Shown: piece by piece, positions 1-6,013 of the stretch
Layout: every line of letters begins with the position of its first letter
Position numbering within the stretch: the stretch's first letter is position 1
From: Octopus sinensis
Lineage: Eukaryota
Direction of reading: 5' to 3'
Assembly (NCBI RefSeq): GCF_006345805.1
Contig: NW_021829014.1
Coordinates: 1-6,802, forward strand
DNA length: 6,802 nt
The notes under the pieces: generated by a model
The model's input: the letters and a program-made list of their open reading frames with translations, nothing else
Databases searched by the model: none
What the model was told of the DNA's origin: nothing
Translations under genes and position numbers: made by a program

Positions 1-345
1 CACCACCGGCAATCGCGAGACGACGACAACAAACAACAACAAGAGCAATAACCGAAAACAATAAAAGAGCAGAAAGAGAGGCGTTGTTCACGGCGACGGC
101 GACGGCGACGGTGACGGGCGAACGAGCATGACGTCGGCGGCGGCGACAGGGATAAATACGACGATTTCGGCGACGACAGCGGTCCGAGCTAACACGACGA
201 CGACCACGACGACGGCGGCGGAGACCACGACGACTACGACTACGACCACCACCACGGCCACGACGACGGCGGCGACAACAACAGCAAAAACTGTTATCAA
301 AGCAAAGTAGAAAGAAAACTTGCTGAACGTGCAAGAACCTAAGGG
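1..345 (+). promoter_or_regulatory. CpG-rich low-complexity leader, probable 5' UTR/CpG-island-like region with degenerate (ACG/CGA/CGG/CAA)n repeats
   Basis: CpG-dense compared with the non-SINE DNA elsewhere in the window. It lies directly upstream of the ATG at 346, with an in-frame TAA at 340-342. The transcription start cannot be seen. Confidence 0.5.
128..310 (+). other. Thr/Ala-rich upstream ORF (60 aa), largely encoded by ACG repeats
   Basis: ATG at 128 has A at -3. TAG is at 308-310, 35 nt before the main ATG and in a different frame. Translation is not shown. Confidence 0.3.
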
Positions 346-436
346 ATGATGGCATCCAGGCTCTGTTGTTACATGGCTTCTCTGATGCTTTTAGCATCGC
401 TCAACCCCGGACTGTGTCAGGCGCCCGTGCATCTCG
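346..436 (+). CDS. Probable first coding exon of a secreted or membrane protein (signal peptide MMASRLCCYMASLMLLASLNPGLCQAPVHL + 1 nt); product unidentified
   Basis: In-frame stop at 340-342, then tandem ATGATGG (second ATG has A-3/G+4). Basic residue, hydrophobic core LCCYMASLMLLASL, then a small-residue c-region (G-L-C/Q-A). The 91-nt exon ends at CTCG|GTAAGT (437-442), a consensus phase-1 donor. The 154-aa ORF in the track is read-through into microsatellite and SINE. Confidence 0.65.
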
Positions 437-531
437 GTAAGTATGGCAAACTATGTTACTATAAGCTTAGTAAAATACACACGCCACGCGCAAATGAATG
501 TTGCTCACTTGTTCTATGTTTCTCACTCAGC

Positions 532-657
532 CTCTGTCTCTCTCTTTCTCTGTCTCTCTGTCCCTCTTTGTCTGTTTCTCTCTCTCTGTCTCTCTTTGTC
601 TGTTTCTCTCTCTCTGTCTCTCTGTCCCTCTGTCTCTCTGTCTCTCTCTCTCCCCTT
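532..657. repeat. Compound (CT)n/(CTGT) microsatellite
   Basis: Direct reading. It explains the SL-rich and ER-rich pseudo-ORFs at 346-830. Confidence 0.95.
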
Positions 658-667
658 TCACGTTTGC

Positions 668-681
668 CATTTACCTGTAAG
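668..681 (+). repeat. Left target-site duplication CATTTACCTGTAAG of SINE-A array 1
   Basis: Identical 14-mer at 1567-1580, immediately after the last unit. Confidence 0.9.
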
Positions 682-684
682 AAA

Positions 685-1566
685 GGCGGCGAGCTGGCAG
701 AATCGTTAGCACGCCGGGCGAAATGCGCAACAGTATTTCGTCTGTCGTTACGTTCTGATTTCAAATTCCGCAGAGGTCGACTTTGCCTTTCATCCTTTCG
801 GGGTCGATAAATTAAGTACCAGTTTCCCACTGGGGTTGATGTAATCGACTTAATCTGTTTGTCTGTCCTTTTTTGTCCCCTCTATGTTTAGCCCCTTGTG
901 GGTAATAAAGAAATAAGAAACGTTAGCATGCCGGGCGAAATGCGTAGCCGTATTTCGTCTGTCGTTACGTTCTGATTTCAAATTCCGCCGTGGTCGACTT
1001 TGCCTTTCATCCTTTCGGGGTCGATAAATTAAGTACCAATTTCCCACTGGGGTTGATGTAATCGACTTAATCCGTTTGTCTGTCTTTTTTTGTCCCCTCT
1101 ATGTTTAGCCCCTTGTGGGTAATAAAGAAATAAGAAACGTTAGCATGCCGGGCGAAATGCGTAGCCGTATTTCGTCTGCCGCTACGTTCTGAGTTCAAAT
1201 TCCGCCGAGGTCGACTTTGCCTTTCATCCTTTCGGGGTCGATAAATTAAGTACCAGTTACGCACTGGGGTCGATTTAATCGACTTAATCCGTTTGTCTAT
1301 CTTTGTTTGTCCCCTTTGTGTGTAGCCCATTGTGGGCAGTAAAGAAATAAGAGACGTTAGCACGCCGGGCGAAATGCGTAGCCGTATTTCGTCTGCCGCT
1401 ACATTCTGAGTTCAAATTCCGCCGAGGTCGACTTTGCCTTTCATCCTTTCGGGGTCGATAAATTAAGTACCAGTTGCGCACTGGGGTCGATGTAGTCGAC
1501 TTAATCCGTTTGTCTGTCTTTGTTTGTCCCCTCTATGTTTAGCCCCTTGTGGGTAGTAAAGAAATA
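685..1566 (+). mobile_element. tRNA-derived SINE-A, tandem array 1: one full unit (685-916) plus three 5'-truncated units with 217-bp period (917-1133, 1134-1350, 1351-1566)
   Basis: A-box-like TGGCAGAATCG at 695-705 and B-box-like G(A/T)TTCAAATTCC in each unit. Tail is AAAGAAATA. Junctions read AAAGAAATA-AGA(A/G)ACGTTAGC. Flanked by a 14-bp TSD. Confidence 0.9.
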
Positions 1567-1580
1567 CATTTACCTGTAAG
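1567..1580 (+). repeat. Right target-site duplication of SINE-A array 1
   Basis: Exact match to 668-681. Confidence 0.9.
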
Positions 1581-1584
1581 TCTA

Positions 1585-1645
1585 CGCACATATTCACATA
1601 TACACTCATTCATATATACATACAAACACATGCACACATTTACAC
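1585..1645. repeat. Degenerate (CA)/(TA) simple repeat
   Basis: Direct reading. Confidence 0.7.
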
Positions 1646-1660
1646 AGGCGCTGACATAAG

Positions 1661-2460
1661 CACGCGCGTGGCTTAGTGGTTTTAGGTATTCAGCTCACGA
1701 TCTCAAGGTTATGGGTTCGAGTACCGGCGTAACGTTGTGCCCTTGAGCAAGGCACTTTATTTCACATGGTTTCAATACACTCAACTGGCAAAAATGAGTT
1801 GTACCTGTATTTCATCCTTTCGGGGTCGATAAATTAAGTACCAGTTACGCACTGGGGTCGATGTAATCGACTTAATCCGTTGTCTATCTTTGTTTGTCCC
1901 CTTTGTGTGTAGCCCCTTGTGGGCAGTAAAGAAATAAGAAACGTTAGCACGCCGGGCGAAATGCGTAACGTTGTGCCCTTGAGCAAGGCACTTTATTTCA
2001 CATGGTTTCAATGCACTCAACTGGCAAAAATGAGTTGTACCTGTATTTCATCCTTTCGGGGTCGATAAATTAAGTACCAGTTACGCACTGGGGTCGATGT
2101 AATCGACTTAATCCGTTTGTCTATCTTTGTTTGTCTCCTTTGTGTGTAGCCCCTTGTGGGCAGTAAAGAAATAAGAAACGTTAGCACGCCGGGCGAAATG
2201 CGTAACGTTGTGCCCTTGAGCAAGGCACTTTATTTCACATGGTTTCAATGCACTTAACTGGCAAAAATGAGTTGTACCTGTATTTCAAGGGGCCAGCCTT
2301 GTCTGATTCTGTGTCACGCTGAATCTCCCCGATACCTACGATAAGGGTACGTGTGTCTGTGGGAGTGCTCAGCCACTTGCACGTTAATTTCACGAGCAAG
2401 CTGTTCCGTTGATCGGATCAACTGGAACCGTCGTTGTCGTAATCGACCGAGTACCAGTAA
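1661..2460 (+). mobile_element. tRNA-derived SINE-C, interrupted by a chimeric internal triplication
   Basis: A box TGGCTTAGTGG at 1669-1679 and B box GGTTCGAGTACC at 1714-1725. CORE-like TGTGCCCTTGAGCAAGGCACTT follows. The body resumes at 2288 and ends near GAGTACCAGTAA (2460). Confidence 0.8.
1727..2287 (+). repeat. Chimeric tandem repeat, period 236/237 bp: SINE-C core (3 copies) alternating with a 158/159-nt SINE-A tail+head piece (2 copies)
   Basis: GCGTAACGTTGTGCCC starts at 1727, 1963 and 2200. TTTCA switch points are at 1810, 2046 and 2283. Confidence 0.9.
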
Positions 2461-2482
2461 CACGCACACACACACACACACA
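2461..2482. repeat. (CA)n microsatellite
   Basis: Direct reading. Confidence 0.9.
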
Positions 2483-2484
2483 CC

Positions 2485-2584
2485 AGGCTTTAAAAAAGTA
2501 ATACCTACAAGGATCAATTCATTCAACTAAAATTTTTCAACTTAGTAAACCAGCATGGTCGCAGTCTAATGATCGAAACAAGTA
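2485..2584 (+). mobile_element. Diverged 3' fragment of SINE-B
   Basis: CAGCATGGTCGCAGTCTAATGATCGAAACAAGTA (2551-2584) resembles the reverse complement of 5092-5125 (CAGCATGGCCGCAGTCAAATGACTGAAACGAGTA). Confidence 0.7.
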
Positions 2585-2640
2585 CACACATACATACATG
2601 CTAGAATGAGCCACATAGTGACCATTCTCTTATATTTATT

Positions 2641-2697
2641 TATGTATATATATATATTTGTGTGTGTGTGTGTGTGCGTGCGTGCGTGTGTGCGTGT
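2641..2697. repeat. Compound (TA)n/(TG)n/(TGCG)n microsatellite
   Basis: Direct reading. Confidence 0.9.
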
Positions 2698-3003
2698 GGA
2701 GGCACATGGCCTAGTGGTTAGAGCAGCGGAATCGCGGTCGATGGATCGCGGGTTCGCATCCCAGACCGGGCGGTGTGTATGTTTATGAGCGAAACACCTA
2801 AGCTCCACGCGGCTCCGGCAGAAGGTAATGGCGAACTTCTGCTGACTCTTTCGCCACAACTTTCTCTCTCGCTTTCCTCCTGCATCTTGCACTTCAACTG
2901 CGACGGAGCGGCGTTCCGTCCAGGTGGAGAACCAATACGCCAAGGAAACCGGGAAACCGGCCCTATGAGCCAGGCGTGGCTCCAGAAGTAACAAACAACA
3001 ACA

Positions 3004-3019
<16 letters not shown>
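2698..3019 (+). mobile_element. tRNA-derived SINE-D, full length, with (CAA)n tail; central segment resembles a V-SINE-type domain
   Basis: A box TGGCCTAGTGG at 2707-2717 and B box GGTTCGCATCC at 2751-2761. CTGCGACGGAGCGGCGTTCCGTCCAGG recalls the V-domain (from memory, not verified). CAA-repeat tail at about 2991-3019. A second head copy is at 6749. Confidence 0.8.

Positions 3020-3053
<34 letters not shown>
3020..3053. repeat. (TA)17 microsatellite; the terminal TA doubles as the mariner target dinucleotide
   Basis: Direct reading. Confidence 0.95.
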
Positions 3054-3054
<1 letters not shown>

Positions 3055-3631
3055 TGGGTCATCCTATAAATAACGCAGTTTTTTTTTTATTCTTCTTTAT
3101 TTTTCAAATTTTTTAAATCTAAAATATATTCTCCTTCATTTTCTACAATGCTCTTCCATTTATCTGGTAGACTTGCAAGGCCCCTCTTCCAAAATTTACT
3201 TGTCTGCGACGAAAAATTCTCCTCCAGTACTTTTTCTGACCTCGTCTACAGAAGTCATATCTTTTAGTTTCTTGCTTACCGTCCACATGGTTCCACTAGG
3301 GTTTGCAAGACGTCCTCGTCAAGCTCTACAGATCTTGCAGGACGAGGCTCGTCTTCTAGGATGTAATTTCCGGCTCGGAATTTCTGGAACCACCGTTGAC
3401 ACTGGCTTACGCTTATTGTCCGATCCCCATATACTGCATTAATATTCCTCGCACTTTCCATTGCGTTGTTGCCTTTATTGAACTCATAAGGCAAAATATG
3501 CTCCTTTGTCACTTCCAGTATAGCTTTGAAAAAAATAATTGTTAAAATCGAACTGCACTCTTCAAAACTTGCACTAAGAGTAAGGACAAGGTCAAATTAC
3601 TACCTGCCTTTATAGAAAGTCGATGCAGGTA
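3054..3631 (-). mobile_element. Internally deleted, 5'-truncated mariner (Mos1/SETMAR-like Tc1/mariner) transposon
   Basis: TA followed by TIR-like CTGGGTCATCCTATAAATAACGCAG at 3054. N-terminal and C-terminal transposase remnants lie on the minus strand. No matching second TIR was found. Confidence 0.85.
3115..3518 (-). pseudogene. Mariner transposase remnant: N-terminal HTH fused out of frame to the extreme C-terminus; DD34D catalytic core deleted
   Basis: 3518-3291 reads EHILPYEFNKG..SARNINAVYG..SVSQCQRWFQKFRAGNYILEDEPRPARSVELDEDVLQTLVE, the mariner HTH signature WFxxFxxGxxxLEDxxRxxR. About 3230-3115 reads VLEENFSSQTSKFWKRGLASLPDKWKSIVENEGEYILD, the mariner C-terminal GIxxLPxRWxxxxxxxGxY pattern. 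CTG at 3518-3516 sits where an ATG is expected. Confidence 0.85.
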
Positions 3632-3643
3632 CTTATATATGTA
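3627..3643 (+). repeat. Left target-site duplication AGGTACTTATATATGTA of SINE-A array 2
   Basis: Identical 17-mer at 4794-4810. Confidence 0.9.
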
Positions 3644-3648
3644 TATAA

Positions 3649-4794
3649 GGCGTCGAGCTGCCAGAAACGTTAGCACGCTGCGTGAAATACTTAGCGGTAT
3701 TTCGTCTGCTGTTACGTTCTGAGTTCAAATTCCGCCGAGGTCGACTTTGCCTTTCATCCTTTCGGGGTCGATAAATTAAGTACCAGTTACATACTGGGGT
3801 CGATATAAGCGACTTAATCCATCTGTTTGTCCTTGTTTGTCTCCTCTATGTTTAGCCCCTTGTGGCTAGTAAAGAAATAGGTATTTCGTCTGCTGTTACG
3901 TTCTGAGTTCGAATTCCGCCGAGGTCGACTTTGCCTTTCATCTTTTCGGGGTCGATAAATTAAGTACCAGTTACGTACTGGGGTCGATATAAACGACTTA
4001 ATCCACCTGTTTGTCCTTGTTTGTCTCCTCTGTGTTTAGCCCCTTGTGGGTAGTAAAGAAATAGGTATTTCGTCTGCTGTTACGTTCTGAGTTCAAATTT
4101 CGCCGAGGTCGACTTTGCCTTTCATCCTTTCGGGGTCGATAAATTAAGTACCAGTTACGTACTGGGGTCGATATAAGCGACTTAATCCATCTGTTTGTCC
4201 TTGTTTGTCTCCTCTGTGTTTAGCCCCTTGTGGGTAGTAAAGAAATAGGTATTCGTCTGCTGTTACGTTCTGAGTTCAAATTTCGCCGAGGTCGACTTGC
4301 CTTTCATCCTTTCGGGGTCGAAAATTAAGTACCAGTTACGTACTGGGGTCGATATAAGCGACTTAATCCACCTGTTGTCCTTGTTGTCTCCTCTGTGTTT
4401 AGCCCCTTGTGGGTAGTAAAGAAATAGGTATTTCGTCTGCTGTTACGTTCTGAGTTCAAATTTCGCCGAGGTCGACTTTGCCTTTCATCCTTTCGGGGTC
4501 GATAAATTAAGTACCAGTTACGTACTGGGGTCGATATAAGCGACTTAATCCATCTGTTTGTCCTTGTTTGTCTCCTCTGTGTTTAGCCCCTTGTGGGCAG
4601 TAAAGAAATAGGTATTTCGTCTGCTGTTACGTTCTGAGTTCAAATTTCGCCGAGGTCGACTTTGCCTTTCATCCTTTCGGGGTCGATAAATTAAGTACCA
4701 GTTACGTACTGGGGTCGATATAAGCGACTTAATCCATCTGTTTGTCCTTGTTTGTCTCCTCTGTGTTTAGCCCCTTGTGGGTAGTAAAGAAATA
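3649..4794 (+). mobile_element. SINE-A tandem array 2: one full unit (3649-3879) plus five 5'-truncated units with 184-bp period (3880, 4064, 4248 [179 bp], 4427, 4611)
   Basis: Same family as array 1. All five junctions read AAAGAAATA-GGTATT(T)CG. Enclosed by a 17-bp TSD. Confidence 0.92.
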
Positions 4795-4810
4795 GGTACT
4801 TATATATGTA
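4794..4810 (+). repeat. Right target-site duplication of SINE-A array 2
   Basis: Exact match to 3627-3643. Confidence 0.9.
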
Positions 4811-4811
4811 A

Positions 4812-5032
4812 ATATACATGCATATATGGGTACAGGACATATATGGGTACAGGACATCAAAAATACGTTGAACACAATGAGAAAGGAAAACATAAAAACA
4901 AAAACAAGGAAACGGACTTTTTTTCGGACGACGAAAAAACCCCCCAAAAAAACAGAGCCAAGACATACAACATACGTTTCTCATTGTGTTCAACGTCATT
5001 TTGATGTCCTGTACCCATATATGCATGTATAT
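4812..5032. mobile_element. Foldback/MITE-like element with long inverted arms
   Basis: 4838-4884 is the reverse complement of 4977-5023 at 45/47 nt. A 17-bp tandem duplication is at 4821-4837/4838-4854. The spacer is 92 nt and A-rich. TA-rich on both sides. Confidence 0.65.
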
Positions 5033-5076
5033 ATATACATATATGTGTAGGTATGTACATATATGTATGTAATATA
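5025..5076. repeat. Degenerate (TA)/(TATG) simple repeat
   Basis: Direct reading. Confidence 0.75.
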
Positions 5077-5077
5077 C

Positions 5078-5480
5078 CTCTCTTTCTCTTTTACTCGTTT
5101 CAGTCATTTGACTGCGGCCATGCTGGAGCACCGCCTTTAGTCGATCAAATCGACCCCGGGACTTATTCTTTGTAAGCCCAGTACTTATTCTATCGGTCTC
5201 TTTTGCCGAACCGCTAAGTGACGGGGACGTAAGCACACCAGCACCGGTTGTCAAGCAATGCTAGGGAGACAAACACAGACACACAAACACACACATGCAT
5301 ATATATATATACATATATACGACAGGCTTCTTTCAGTTTCCATCTACCAAATCCACTCACAAGGCATTGGTCGGCCCGAGGCTAAAGTAGAAGGCACCTG
5401 CTCAAGGTGTCATGGAGTGGGACTGAACCCGGAACCATGTGGTTGGTAAACAAGCTACTTACCACACAGCCACTCCTGTG
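5078..5480 (-). mobile_element. tRNA-derived CORE-like SINE-B, full length, with internal CA/TA microsatellite
   Basis: On the minus strand: A box TGGCTGTGTGG (5472-5462), B box GGTTCAGTCCC (5429-5419), CORE-like CACCTTGAGCAGGTG, and a tail ...GCTCCAGCATGGCCGCAGTCAAATGACTGAAAC followed by an AG-rich end. Confidence 0.85.
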
Positions 5481-5593
5481 TATTCTTTTGTTCTTGCACT
5501 GGTTTCAATGACAGAACAGCTGTCGCTCAGGAATCATGTTTCCAAGGTTACAGTTTTAGGCGATCATATCCAATCTCAATATCTTACCTTCTA

Positions 5594-6013
5594 TTTTTTT
5601 TTTTTTTTTACTGGCTTCAGTTGTTAGACTGTGGCCAAGCTGGAGCACCGCCTAGAGGAGTTTGTCGTCGAATAAATCGACTCCAGTACTTGTTATTTTC
5701 TTTCCTTTTTTCTTTAGCCTGGCACTTATTGTATCGGTCCCCTTTGCCAAACTGCTTGGTTACGGGGATGTAAACTCTCCAACATCGGCTGCCAAGCTGT
5801 GGCGGAACAAACAAACAAACACACACACACACACACACACACCACACACACACACACACGACGAGCTTTTTCCAGTTTCTGTCTACCAAATCCACTCACA
5901 AGGCTTCGATTAGCCCAAGGTTATTGCAGAAAACACTTGCCCAAGGGGCCACGTTGTGGGGCTGAACTCGGAACTATGTAGTCGGGAAGCAAATTTCTTA
6001 TCACACAGTCACA
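5594..6013 (-). mobile_element. Second, more diverged SINE-B copy with A16 tail (T run 5594-5609) and internal (CA)n
   Basis: Colinear similarity to 5078-5480, for example GTCTACCAAATCCACTCACAAGGC and GCTGGAGCACCGCCT. The head abuts SINE-A array 3. Confidence 0.85.

Noticed and set aside
88-300. Poly-Val minus-strand ORF, and an Asp/His-rich ATG-less frame at 193-339
   Set aside because: Both are by-products of the ACG-type trinucleotide repeat. The plus frame has no start codon and several upstream stops.
685-770. Functional tRNA genes at SINE heads (also 1661, 2698, 5480, 6014, 6749)
   Set aside because: A and B boxes are present, but there is no complete cloverleaf with acceptor stem, and each continues into a SINE body.
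437-810. Continuation of the 154-aa ORF as real protein
   Set aside because: It passes a consensus splice donor and then translates a CT microsatellite and a SINE head.
459-2223. Recurring minus-strand ORFs containing NWYLIYRPRKDERQSRP
   Set aside because: These are antisense translations of SINE-A units. They recur because of the DNA repeat and differ by frameshifts.
1661-2465. CACGC as a TSD for SINE-C
   Set aside because: Only 5 bp and embedded in CA-rich simple repeats, so likely chance.
3173-3442. 89-aa plus-strand ORF
   Set aside because: Antisense to the mariner transposase remnant.
3880-4063. Hammerhead ribozyme (retrozyme) in the repeat unit
   Set aside because: No CTGANGA core on either strand of the unit by eye. 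Other ribozyme classes could not be supported without a covariance-model search.
4691-5254. 187-aa minus-strand ORF and neighbouring short ORFs
   Set aside because: They run across SINE-B, TA repeats, the foldback element and SINE-A, giving low-complexity YI/HI-rich translation.
5515-5560. Possible second exon (phase-1 compatible EQLSLRNHVSK after the AG at 5513-5514)
   Set aside because: The acceptor is weak, there is no good downstream donor and no recognisable protein motif. It would need RNA-seq support.
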